Below are positions 20,271-31,587 of a stretch of 64,000 nt of DNA, in pieces. The notes under the pieces are model-generated. The model made no database searches and was not told the DNA's origin. It was given only the letters and a program-made list of their open reading frames with translations. The stretch's first letter is position 1; every line of letters begins with the position of its first letter. This DNA is from Pristiophorus japonicus. Taxonomy: Eukaryota. The position numbers and the translations under genes are program-made. The stretch lies in contig NC_091997.1 of the NCBI RefSeq assembly GCF_044704955.1, positions 60,140,001 through 60,204,000 of the forward strand, read 5' to 3'.

Positions 20271-20416
20271 ATGTGTTTGTTTACTCTGGGAAGAACACAA
20301 AAGCAGTTTAAAGTCATAAAGGCCTGTTGCCACGGTAACAGCTTTCTCAGAGTGTGCTGCTGATTACTGAGGCCACATCTCCACCGAAGGACATTGTAAT
20401 GATGCAAAGGTCCCTT
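20270..20416 (+). repeat. Second copy of the 8678-8828 FOX/X-box module
   Basis: Aligns by eye with about 10 substitutions and 2 indels. TGTTTAC 20278-20284; GTTGCCACGGTAAC 20326-20339. Confidence 0.9.
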
Positions 20417-20430
20417 CCACCCTCAATGCA

Positions 20431-20893
20431 GTGTCAGCTGTGGCTCAGAGGGCAGCGCACTCACCTTCGAATCAGAAGGGCGTGGGTTCAAGTCCCACTC
20501 CAGGAATGCAGCATCAAATAATTTTGGTGACTCTCCTCTCCACTGCAGCACTGAGGGAGTGCTGCATTGTCTTTCAGATGACAAGTTAATCGAGGTCCTG
20601 TCTGCTCTCTTCGGTGGATGTAAAAGATCCCATGGCACTATTTCGAAGAAGAGCAGGGGAGTTATCCCCGGTGTCCTGGCCAAAATTTATCGCTCAATCA
20701 ACATAACAAAATAAGATTATCTGGGTCATTATCACATTGTTGTGTGTGGGAGCTTGCTGTGCGCAAATGGCTGCCGCGTTTCCCACATTACAACAGTGGC
20801 TGCACTTCGAAAAGTACTTCATTGGCTGTAAAGTGCTTTGAGAAGTCCAGTGGTCATGAAAGGCGCTATATAAATGCAAGTCTTTCTTTTCTT
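20431..20893 (+). mobile_element. tRNA-derived SINE with a Deu-domain-like core (SacSINE1/AmnSINE type) and an L2-like tail
   Basis: A box tggctcagaggg 20441-20452; B box ggttcaagtcc 20485-20495; core ggtggatgtaaaagatcccatggcactatttcgaagaagagcagggg recognised as Deu-domain-like. Confidence 0.85.
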
Positions 20894-20904
20894 TTAACAA
20901 TCCT

Positions 20905-21315
20905 CACTCCCGCATCTGCACCTCTCGCCCCCCACCTCCCGACCCCCGACCCCTCCCCCTCAGTCCCACTCCTCCGCCCACTCTCCCTGACCCCGCTCGC
21001 CCCACTCCCCCGAACCCTCCCCACCACTCCCCTGACCCCTCCCCCTCACTCCACCGACCCCATGTCCCACCTCCCCGTTTCACCCCGACCCTGCCCCCCC
21101 GCTTCATCCCGATCCTGCCCCCTCACTCCCCAGACTCCCCATCCCCCCACTCCCCCCTGCCCCCTCACTCCCCCTGCCCCCCACTCCCCCCCGACCCCAC
21201 CTTCATTCCCCCCGGCCCTGCCCCTCACTCCCCCCGACCCCCCGCCCCCACCCCCCAACCCTGCCCCCCCCATTTCTCCCCGATTCTGCCCCTCCCCACT
21301 CTCCCCCCTCCCCCT
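20905..21315. repeat. C-rich low-complexity tract
   Basis: Irregular runs of C. Confidence 0.9.
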
Positions 21316-21439
21316 ACTTCTTGCTTTAATTAAGGTTGGAATTATTGTGAACTGACAGTTTTCCACATTGACTAGTATTCATCCACCCGAACTCTAGCTA
21401 GTCCCGAGTTACCTCTGTGTAAGAAGTGGATACAGTCTT

Positions 21440-22455
21440 AAGAACATAAGAAATAAGAGCAGGAGTGCGCCATTCGGCCCCTCGAGCCTGCTCCACCATT
21501 TGATAAGATCATGGCTGATCATCGACCTTGATTCCATTTCCCTGCATTGTCCCCATATCCTTGATTCCCTTAATATCCAAAAATCTATCGATCTCTGTCT
21601 TAAATATACTCAACGACTGAGTCTCCACAGCCCTCTGGGGCAGAGAATTCCAAAGATTCCCCACCCTCTGAGTGAAGAAATTTCTCCTTATCCCTGTCCT
21701 AAATGGCCGACTCCTTAACCCTGAGACTATGACCCTTGGTTCTAGACTTTCCATCCAGGGGAAACATCCTCCCTGCATCTACCCAGTCAAGCGTTCTTAG
21801 AATTGTATACATTTTAATGAGATCACCTCTCATTCTTCTAAACTCCAGAGAGTATGGGTCCATTCTATTCAATCTCTCCTCATAGGACAGTCCTCTCATC
21901 CCAGAAATCAGTCTGCTGAACCTTTGTTGCACTCCCTCGAAGGCAAGTATATCCTTCCTTAGGTAAGGAGACCAAAACTGTTCACGGTACACCAGGTGTG
22001 GTCTCACGAAAGCCCTGTACAATTGTAGCAAGGCTCCCTTATACTTATACTCCAACCCCCTTGTAATAAAAGCTAACATACCATTTACTTTCCTAATTGC
22101 TTGCTGTACCTACATGTTAACTTTCTGTGATTCGTGTACAAGAACACCCAGGTCCCACTGAATACAAACATTATCTAGTCTCTCACCTTCTGAAAAATAT
22201 TCTTCTTTTCCATTCTTTCTTCAAAAGTGGATAATTCCACATTTCCCTACATTATTACACTCAGTCCCCTCATCTAGTTCATGGATATAGATTGTGAATA
22301 ACTGGGGCCCAAGCACTGCTCCCTGCAGCGCCCCACTTGTTACGCCCTGCCAACCCGATATTTTACCATTTATTCCTACTCTCTGTTTTCTGTCCATTAA
22401 CCAATCCTCAATTCATGCTGATATATTACCCCAATCCGATGAGCCCTAATCTTAT
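21440..22455 (-). mobile_element. CR1 3' portion
   Basis: ORFs 21699-22079 and 21509-21778 (QFWSPYLRKD, RRNFFTQRV); tail aagaacataagaa. Confidence 0.9.
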
Positions 22456-22456
22456 A

Positions 22457-22842
22457 CATTCATTCATAGGCAGTCCCTCAAAATCGAGGAAGACTTGCTT
22501 CCACTCTAAAAGTGAGTTCTCAGGTGACTGAACAGTCCAATATGGGAATTACAGTCTCCGTCACAGGTGGGACAGACAGTTGTTGAGGGACGGGTGGGTG
22601 GGGAGTCTGGTTTGCCGCACGCTCCTTCCACTGCCTTTGCTGGTTTTCTGCACACTCTCGGCAACGAGACTTGAGGTGCTCTGCGCCCTCCCGGATGCAC
22701 TTCCTCCACTTAGGGTGGTCTTTGGCCAGGGTCTCCCAGGTGTGGGTGGGGATTTTCCATTTTATAAAGGATGCTTTGAAGGTGTCCTTGAAACGTTTCC
22801 TGTTCCCATCTGGGGCTTGCTTGCCATTTAGGAATTCCGAGT
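22457..22842 (-). mobile_element. RTE-clade LINE 3' end
   Basis: RKRFKDTFK...WETLAKD and C-terminal CPTC...HIGLFSHLRTH zinc finger. Matches 30670-31030. Confidence 0.9.
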
Positions 22843-22931
22843 CTGCTCCGCCATTCAATAAGATCATGGCTGATCTTTAACCTCAACTCCACTTTCGCGC
22901 CCGATCCTCATATCCCTTGATTCCTTAGAGT
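22843..22931 (-). mobile_element. CR1 3' fragment
   Basis: ctgctccgccattcaataagatcatggctgatc as at 61330-61362. Confidence 0.75.
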
Positions 22932-22977
22932 ATCAATAACACTTTAATGAGGAAAGAATCTTTCATTTTTTTTATAG

Positions 22978-23166
22978 GATGTGGATGTCACTGGCAAGGC
23001 CGTCATTTATTGCCCATCCCTAATTACCGTTGAGAAGGTGGTGGTGAGCCGCCTCTTGAACCGCTGCAGTCCGTGTGGTGAAGGTGCTCCCACAATGCTG
23101 TTAGGGAGGGAGTTCCAGGATTGTGACCCAGCGACGATGAAAGGTGATATATTTCCAAGTCAGGAT
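22978..23166 (-). mobile_element. LINE 3' end (same family as 645-870)
   Basis: Direct similarity to 645-800. Confidence 0.7.
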
Positions 23167-23584
23167 TCTTGTAAATGATTTATCAAGTTAATTCACATCT
23201 ATGACAGGTAGTTTCATAGAGAGTTTAACAGGAGAGCAAACTTAAAGCTTTATAAACTGCAACCTTCCTGCACCATCCCAGTGGACGGCTTATCATTGTA
23301 TTTACAGCAGTGTATCTGCACGTTTTTACACTGATATATAAACATTTTTTTTTAAGTCAGGCTAGATTTTATTACAAACTGTTAGTGAATGTTGGAGGGG
23401 GGGCGGAGGGGAAAGGATCACATTTAATACTAAAACTAAAATACAGCAGTTGCAGCACTGCCTCGGTACAGAGTGTCGAGGGGTCCAATAAAGCCTTGTG
23501 CTTGCGATTAGTTACATCCCAAATGAGCAAGCTTTTACATTTAATAAAATGTAAAGATGGATCTTTGTGTGTAGAAGCTGTGTA

Positions 23585-24797
23585 GCCTGGGAATATCAGC
23601 CCTGTGTATCCTGGGCCGAGCCTGGGAATATCAGTGCAGTGCATCCTGGGCCGAGCCTGGGAATATCAGCCATGTGTATCCTGGGCAGAGCCTGGGAATA
23701 TCAGTGCAATGTATCCTGGGCCGAGCCTGGGAATATCAGCCCTGTGTATCCTGGGCCGAGCCTGGGAATATCAGCGCTGGGTATCCTGGGCCGAGCCTGG
23801 GAATATCAGTGCAATGTATCCTGGGCCGAGCCTGGGAATATCAGCCCTGTGTATCCTGGGCCGAGCCTGGGAATATCAGTGCAATGTATCCTGGGCCGAG
23901 CCAGGGAATATCAGTGCAATGTATCCTGGGCCGAGCCAGGGAATATCAGCCCTGTGTATCCTGGGCCGAGCCTGGGAATATCAGCGCTGGGTATCCTGGG
24001 CCGAGCCTGGGAATATCAGTGCAGTGTATCCTGGGCCGAGCCTGGGAATATCAGTGCAATGTATCCTGGGCCGAGCCTGGGAATATCTGTGCAATGTATC
24101 CTGGGCCGAGCCTGGGAATATCAGTGCAGTGTATCCTGGGCCAGCCTGGGAATATCAGTGCAGTGTATCCTGGGCCAGCCTGGGAATATCAGCCCTGTGT
24201 ATCCTGGGACAAGCCTGGGAATATCAGCGCTGGATATCCTGGGCCGAGCCTGGTAATATCAGTGCTGGGTATCCTGGGCCGAGCCTGGGAATATCAGTGC
24301 AGTGTATCCTGGGCCGAGCCTGGGAATATCAGCCCTGTGTATCCTGGGCCAAGCCTGGGAATATCAGTGCAGTGTATCCTGGGCCGAGCCTGGGAATATC
24401 AGCCCTGTGTATCCTGGGCCGAGCCTGGGAATATCAGTGCAGTGTATCCTGGGCCGAGCCTGGGAATATCAGCCCTGTGTATCCTGGGCCAAGCCTGGGA
24501 ATATCAGTGCAATGTATCCTGGGCCGAGCCTGGGAATATCAGCGTTGGGTATCCTGGGCAAAGCCTGGGAATATCAGTGCAGTGTATCCTGGGCCGAGCC
24601 TGGGAATATCAGCCCTGTGTATCCTGGGCCGAGCCTGGGAATATCAGTGCAATGTATCCTGGGCCGAGCCTGGGAATATCAGCGCTGGGTATCCTGGGCC
24701 AAGCCTGGGAATATCAGTGCAGTGTATCCTGGGCCAAGCCTGGGAATATCAGTGCAGTGTATCCTGGGCCGAGCCTGGGAATATCAGCCCTGTGTAT
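23585..24797. repeat. Minisatellite, 35-bp unit (gcctgggaatatcag-N6-gtatcctgggccga)
   Basis: About 35 units. The variable core is drawn mainly from tgcagt, tgcaat, ccctgt and cgctgg. Confidence 0.97.
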
Positions 24798-25519
24798 ACA
24801 AAGCTCCCAGAATTACTCCTTTCCAATTTTCTGCAACAGCAATTTTCCCACGAGCGCATCCAAGGTCGCCTTTTTGCAGGCTCATTATCACCAACAAGAA
24901 TAGGTCGCCGCAGATGGGCGTCTCCCAGCCAGGGATGAACCCTGGGGCGGATGGGGCTGCAGCAAAGAACATAGGCTCCCAGTGGGAGGGTGTTCGGTTA
25001 TTAGATAAGGCCAGCAGTTGCTGTTCAGCAGGCGAATGCTGGTTCAGCATCAAACTCAGGATCAGAGGCTTTGTGGGATGGATTTATTCATCCTGCAGTG
25101 CTGTTTATCAAACTTCTGGTGGTGAAATGTGTTGTATTTGTACAGTCCGGTTTATCCAATTGCTAAGTCACAGATGAAATAAAGCATGCATGGCCCATGG
25201 CTTGGCTCATGGTGTGCGTGAGGTGAACTGCTGCTCACATCGGCTTCATGTACCTGGTATCCTTCAAATGGCAGAAGGGATCATTGTTGTCTTAACTTAA
25301 AAAATATAGTAACAAATTCCCCCAAATTCTCATCCTGGTTTTCAAATATCAGTCACACACTGACCATCCACACTCACACATTGTGTTCCACACTCACAAT
25401 ACCCCACAGTTCGGCACAATCCTTTGTCAATTCCAGTACCCAACATTCTCTCACTATCCTTTCACACTCCTGGATCCCCACAAGAGCCGTTGATGATCAC
25501 ACTGCATACTACTGCATCA

Positions 25520-26745
25520 GAATACTACAGCTGTCGAACAACGGTGTCTGAAAAACTGCTCACTATTTTAGGATCATCCTGGAATGCAAAGATAATACGC
25601 CCAGCTTCTTTTCTCCACTGCAAACCGTCATCTTAAAGCCCTCTCCCCTGTCTCCTCCATCCTCACCCCAACAAGTGCGAGGAGAACGTGGACTTCTTTG
25701 TCTCTAAGATTGAGAGCATCCGATCAGCACACCGGGCCAAACTTCCTCGAACTGCACCACCCTGAACTCGCATCTTTCTTCAATTTCTCTCCTATCTCTC
25801 CTCATGCCCTCTCTGAACTCATCTTGTCCATGAGAACCACTTCCTGCTCCCTCAACCCTATTCCCACTAAACTGCTGACCATCCAACTTCCATTCATTCC
25901 TGGCTCCCAGGTTAACTGATACTGTTAACGCTTCTCTCTCCTCCTTTGACACGGTTGACCACTCTATCCTCCTCCAACGCCTCTCCACTGTCATCCAGCT
26001 GGGTGGGACTGCACTCGCCTGGTTCCATTCTTACCTATCTAACCATAGCCAGAGAATCATCTGCAACGGCTTCTCTTCCCGCTCCACATCATTACCTGTG
26101 GTGTCCCCCAAGGATCTATCCTTGACCCCCTCCTATTCCTCATCTACATGTTGCCCCTTGGAGACATCATCAAAAAACACAGCATCAGTTTCCACATGTA
26201 CGCTGATACCCAGCTCTACCTCACCACCCCTCCGCGGTCCCTAAATTGTCAGACTGCTTGTCCGACATCCAATGCTGGATGAGTAGAAATTTCCTCAAAC
26301 TATATATTGGGAAGACCGAAGCCATTGTCTTCGGTCGCCACCACAAACTCCATTCCCTAGCCACCGATTCCATCCCTCTCCCTAGCAACCAGACCATTCA
26401 TAATCTTGGTGTTATATTTAACCCAGAGATGAGCTTCCAGCCACATATCCACGGCATAACTAAAACCGCCTATTTCCACCTCCGGAACATTGTCCGACTC
26501 CGCTCTTGCATCAGCTCATCCGCTGCTGAAACCCTCATCCATGCCTTTGTTACCCCTAGACGTGACTATTCCAACGCACTCCTGACCGACCTCCCACATT
26601 CTACCCTCCGTAAACTTGAGGTCATCCAAAACTTTGTTGCCCGTATACTAATACACAACAAATCCCACTCAGCCGTCACGCCCTGTGCTCGCTGACCTAC
26701 ATTGGCTTCCGGTTAAGCAATGCTGCGATTTTAAAATTCTCATTT
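25520..26745 (+). mobile_element. L2-clade LINE RT fragments with internal deletions
   Basis: [19 protein letters not shown] motifs; ORF 26246-26695 ([32 protein letters not shown]). Confidence 0.88.
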
Positions 26746-26784
26746 TAATGCGGACTCCATCCACTACGGGGCACAACGGACTGT

Positions 26785-29629
26785 GGGCTAGATTTTCCAT
26801 TTTTTTTGCATGCTTAACGCCCACTTAACTCCAGTTTACCACTAAAATGAGGTATACCGCCCATATATCGCCCATTTAACCACAAAATGGAAACTGACGG
26901 GCATTTTTCGGAAACTTATCGCTGAGTGTTATTAATGGCCGAAATCAACGTCCATAATATCGCCCAGCGTTAGTTTCTGCACTGATTTAACGCCGAGATT
27001 CAATAATACCGCCCGCCCACTTTTATTTGTCGTAAAGATCACAATTGCTAAAACTAGCGGCCATGAGATCGTCCAGCGTCACTTTCACCACCTCACACAC
27101 ATATTGCCCACAATATCGCTCGCCCAAAAAACCGCCCAGAGATAGTGGATCGAACCGGAACTAATCACAGCGTTATGGATGCCATGTTCTACATCACATG
27201 TCGCATCCTTTAAAAGGCTGCTGTGCTTCAACCTCGGCGGAGTTCGGATGTATTCTGGAGGTCTTTGGAGATGATGTGAACATCTCTACAAACATCTTAA
27301 CCATACAGTGACCGATTGGAATTTAATGGATGTCTTCATCGGGACATTCCTTGTTTGTGACCAATCAGTTAAAAACAGAGAGCTACTGCAATGGGGCCTG
27401 TCCTTTCTCACCCTCTCTTGATGACCAATTACATGCAGCACACTCGAGATCGCCGAAGGTATGCTCGACAGCATTATGTGCCCAATGTAAGATGTGCCAG
27501 ACTGATGAGGAGGACCAGACCAGGAGGCCCCTGCAACTACAGGGAGAAGCATTCTTACCTCGACTTGCCCGACACCACCTGTCTTCAGAGACTGTGCTTC
27601 CACAAAGAGGTTATCACTGAGGTATGCCAGCTCATAAGGGGAGATCTGCAGCCTGCCAGCACCATCAGAACTTCATTGTCCATCGAGGTCAAAGTCACCA
27701 CGGCACTGTCGTTCTATGCCTCGGGTTCTTTTCAGGCCTCAGCTGGCGACATTTGTGGACTTTCTCAGCATGCCGCATATCGCTGCATTAGACAGGTCAC
27801 TGAAGCCATGTACGCACGCAGGAGGGACTTGATCAGCTTCCCTATGACCAGGGAGGCACAGACTGAGAGGGCTCTAGGATTCTCCAGAATTGCAAACTTC
27901 CGCAAGGAGCAGGGAGCAATAGACTGTACGCACATCGCAATGTGGACACCTTTTCAGGATACAGAGGTTTTCAGGAACCGCAAGGGATTCCACTCCCTGA
28001 ATGTCCAACTCGTTGTCGACCGCGAGCAAATTATACTGGCAGTGAATGCTCAATTTCCGGGCAGCATCCATGATGCTCACATCCTGCGTGAGAGCACTGT
28101 ATCTGACTTGTTTAACAATCAGCCACAAGGTCAATGCTGGATGCTTGGTGAGAAACGATATGGACTCGCCACCTGGCTGATGACCCCCTGCGTGACACCC
28201 ACACCGAAGCTGAGAGGCGATACAACGAGAGCCACAGAGCAACTTGCAATGTTGTGGAGAAAACCATTGGAGTGCTTAAGAAGTGTTTTAGATGCCTGGT
28301 GCACTCAGGAGGTGAGCTCCAATACCAACCTGAGCAGGTAGCTCAATTCGTGGTGGTGTGCTCCATGCTGCACAACTTGGCTATCAGGAGGGGACAAGAA
28401 TTACCTGAAGAGTCAGACAGTCCACTTCACCAGAGCGAAGAAGAGGAGGATGAGTAGGCGGACTCTGACATCGGCCCAGACAATCAGGTTGACACTGAAG
28501 CCATGCCCCCGCCCCGTTGTAGACCACATGAAAGGGCCCGTGGTGGCATGATAGCTGCAAGAGCCTTACATCAGGAGTTCATCAATGATCACTTTGCCTG
28601 AAAGTACTTTGGTGTTATTTACAAGGCTGACACACTGCTGAGTGAGCAGGTGATATATCAATGGTGAGCATCACCTTGGTGACAGTTAAAGTTTAAGTTG
28701 ATTGAAGTTAAGTGTAATTATACCTTTTGATGCAAAGGAATCACCAGCGTGTAACGGTGCAGCTATCTGAGCCAATGCGCTACAAGGTTTTGTTAAATAA
28801 AAAACATTTAAACTGAACATTAGTCTGAAATCATCAGTATTTCTGTACAAACCAACCCTTCCCTCCCCCCCCACCCCGCTTCTCCTCCCCACCTCTAACC
28901 CTTCCTCTTCCCCTCCTGACTCCAAGCCGCCTGGCCGAGGAGCTCCTCAGGCGAATCTTCATTGGGGGGGTGGGGGAGAGGGGGGGGTGATGGCCGAAAC
29001 GCTGCTTAGATGAATACGGGAGAGGACGGTCCCAAGGTGGGAACGTGCTCCGAGCCAGAAGCAAGATGTTGCTCCTGGCTCTCATGTGTGGTGGCAATGG
29101 GGGTGTGGCACCTTGGGGACCACTGGGGGCCCTCTGCCACCAGTGTTCCTGGCTACCAGCTCCAGGGCCTCCTCTACCCCTTCCATTTTATATCTTATTT
29201 GTTGGACAAAAACTCAGTGCCAACTTGGTGCTGAGTAGGCTTTTTGCTACTGGTGAATCTCCCTCGTGCCTCCCACAACAGCCAGACAAGCACACACCAC
29301 AGCCACACACGCTTTCAGTGCCTCTGAGCTCCCTCTCTCTCTATCTCCTCTTCTGCACATGTCATGATGACCCTTGACCTCCTGAATCACGGGAATCGAG
29401 CGTTGCCATGCCATTGCTAAGGACGGCGACACTTTACGGCAGAAGTTCAGAGAGATTTAATGCTACCGCCCATTTCATATCACTCGCGGTAACACCCAAT
29501 TTCAAAAATGGAGACTAGGTGCTTTGAGAATGGGCGAGAAGCCAGCGATATGAAAACCCATTTTTACCGCCCACGCTGGAAATAACGGCCATTTTTGGGT
29601 GATCTGCACAAAAGTGTAAAATCTAGCCC
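26785..29629 (+). mobile_element. PIF/Harbinger DNA transposon with both TIRs
   Basis: TIR gggctagatttt at 26785 and aaaatctagccc ending 29629 (12 bp perfect, ~25 bp imperfect); many subterminal cgccca motifs; HARBI1-like transposase inside. Confidence 0.92.
27391..28600 (+). pseudogene. Harbinger (HARBI1-like) DDE transposase, frameshifted
   Basis: GAIDCTH, NRKGFHSLNVQ, PGSIHDA, LGEKRY (usual GDxGY Asp replaced). Frameshift near 28185, then EKTIGVLKKCFRCL...CSMLHN. Stop at 28455-28457. Confidence 0.9.
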
Positions 29630-31030
29630 ATGATCTTTACTGCGCGACACCTGAAAGAGAAATGCAGGGAACAGCACCAACCCTTATACATGGCCTTCTT
29701 TAACCTTACAAATGCCTTTGACACTGTTAACCGCGAGGGTCAATGGAGCGTCCTTCTCCGTTTCGGCTCCCCTCAAAAGTTTGCCGTCATCCTCCGCCTG
29801 CTCTACGACGACATGCAGGCCGTGATCCTGACCAACAGATCCACTACAGACCCAATCCACATCCGAACTGGGGTCAAGCAGGGCTGCGTTCATCGCGCCA
29901 ACCCTCTTCGCGATATTCCTCACTGCAATGTTCCACCTCACACTCAACAAGCTCCCCCGCTGGAGTGGATCTAAACTACAGAACCATAGGGAACCTGTTC
30001 AACCTTTGTTATCTCCAGGCCGGATCCAAGACCGTCATATCCTCTGTCTTCAAGCTACAGTATACGGACGACGCTTGCGTCTGCGCACATTCAGAGGCTG
30101 AACTCCAAGTCATAGTCAACATCTTCGCTGAGCCGTACGAAAGCATGGATATTACAATAAACTTCCATAAGACAAAGGTCCTCCACCAATCTGACCCCGC
30201 CACACAGCACTGGGCCCCAGTCATCAAGATCCACGGTGCGGCCCTGGACAATGTGGACCACTTTCCATACCTCGGGAGCCTACTATCAGCAAGGGCAGAC
30301 AGCGACGACGAGGTTCAACACCGCCTCCAGTGCACCAGTCTTCGGCTGCCTGAGGAAGAGAGTGTTTGAAGATCAGGCCCTCAAGTCTGGCACCAAGCTC
30401 ATGGTCTACAGAGCTATAGTGATATCTACCCTCCTTTAAGGCTCAGAAATGTGGATCATGTACAGTAGACACCTCAAATCGCTGGGGAAATTCCACCAAC
30501 GATGTCTCCGCAAGATCCTGCAAATCCCCTGGGAGGACAGACGCACCAATGTTAGTGTTCTCGATTAGGCCAACATCCCCAGCTTCAAAGCATTGACCAC
30601 ACTCGACCAGCTCAGTTGGGCGGGCCACATTGTCCGCATGCCTGACATGAGACTCCTAAAGCAAACGCTCTACTCGGAACTCCTACATGGCAAGCGAGCC
30701 CCAGGTGGGCAGAGGAAACGTTTCAAGGACACCCTCAAAGCCTCCTTGATGCAATAACCCCATTGACACCTGGGAGTCCCTGGCCAAAGACTGCCCTAAG
30801 TGGAGGAATAGCATCCGGGAGGGCGCTGAGCACCTCGATTCTCACCGTTGAGAGCATGCAGAAAGCAAGCACAGGCAGCGGAAGGAGCGTGCGGCAAACC
30901 ATACTTCCCAACCACCCTTTCCTTCAATGACCGTCTGTCCCACCTGTGACTCCCATATTCAGTTACCTAAGAACTCACTTTTAGAATGGAAGCAAGTCTT
31001 CCTCGATTTCGAGGTGCTGCCTATGATGAT

Positions 31031-31350
31031 ACACCAAGTCCCGTTCACCCATCACCCCGTGTCCTCGCCGACCTACATTAGCTTCCGGTTAAGCAACGGC
31101 GCTATTTTAAAATTCTCATCCTTGTTTTTAAATCCCTCCATGGCCTCGCCCCTCCCTATCTCTGTAATCTCCTCCAGCCCCACAACGCCCCGAGATGTCT
31201 GCACTCCTCTGAAAACCTAGGTCTCCTTAAAACCTACCTCATCTGCCCTAATATCTCTTTATGTGGCTCAGAGTCACATTTTGTTTATAATGCTCCTGTG
31301 AAGCATCTTGGGATATTTTACGACATGAAAAGCACTACGTAAATGTAAGT
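31031..31350 (+). mobile_element. L2 LINE 3' end
   Basis: LH(W)LPV...FKILILVFKSLHGLAPPYL, followed by the tail ctgtgaagcatcttggg...taaatgtaagt. Confidence 0.8.
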
Positions 31351-31432
31351 GCTCCATTGTTGCAGGGCGAGAGCCAATTCAAGTTCTCAGTTGCTTGGTG
31401 ATGGATGTGAAGATATGAATTGACTAATATCC

Positions 31433-31535
31433 ATGGGCAATGGATGGGCAATGGGTGTTTGGGCAATGGGTGGATGGGCAATGGGTGGATGGGCAGTGGG
31501 TGGATGGGCAGTGGATGGATGGGCAGTGGTGGATG
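31433..31535. repeat. Short 15-bp array (gatgggcaatgggtg)
   Basis: About 6 units, resembling the reverse complement of the adjacent satellite unit (gatggacaatagaga). Confidence 0.8.
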
Positions 31536-31587
31536 GTTTGTTTTGTGTCAGTGGTGATGGGGGGCAGTGGCAGAGGGGCAGGGGATG

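Larger units (their letters stand above)
26747..31030 (+). mobile_element. 5'-truncated RTE-clade LINE split by a Harbinger insertion
   Basis: RGTTD at 26766-26781 continues as MIFTARHLKEKCREQ at 29630. GVKQGC and LQYTDD motifs; tail gctgcctatgatgat. Confidence 0.9.

Noticed and set aside
17990-20407. 805-aa ORF and overlapping long ORFs
   Set aside because: Stop-free 28/29-bp repeat read in all three minus-strand frames; no domain.
20431-20502. tRNA gene (also 60287-60360)
   Set aside because: The A/B boxes belong to SINE heads and continue into the SINE core and tail.
23585-24797. CRISPR array or repeat-protein gene
   Set aside because: Variable parts are 6 nt and reused, there are no cas genes, and the context is eukaryotic. 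The 35-bp unit is not a multiple of 3.
27391-28600. Domesticated host HARBI1 gene
   Set aside because: Flanked by TIRs, inserted in an RTE, frameshifted, with an altered catalytic motif.
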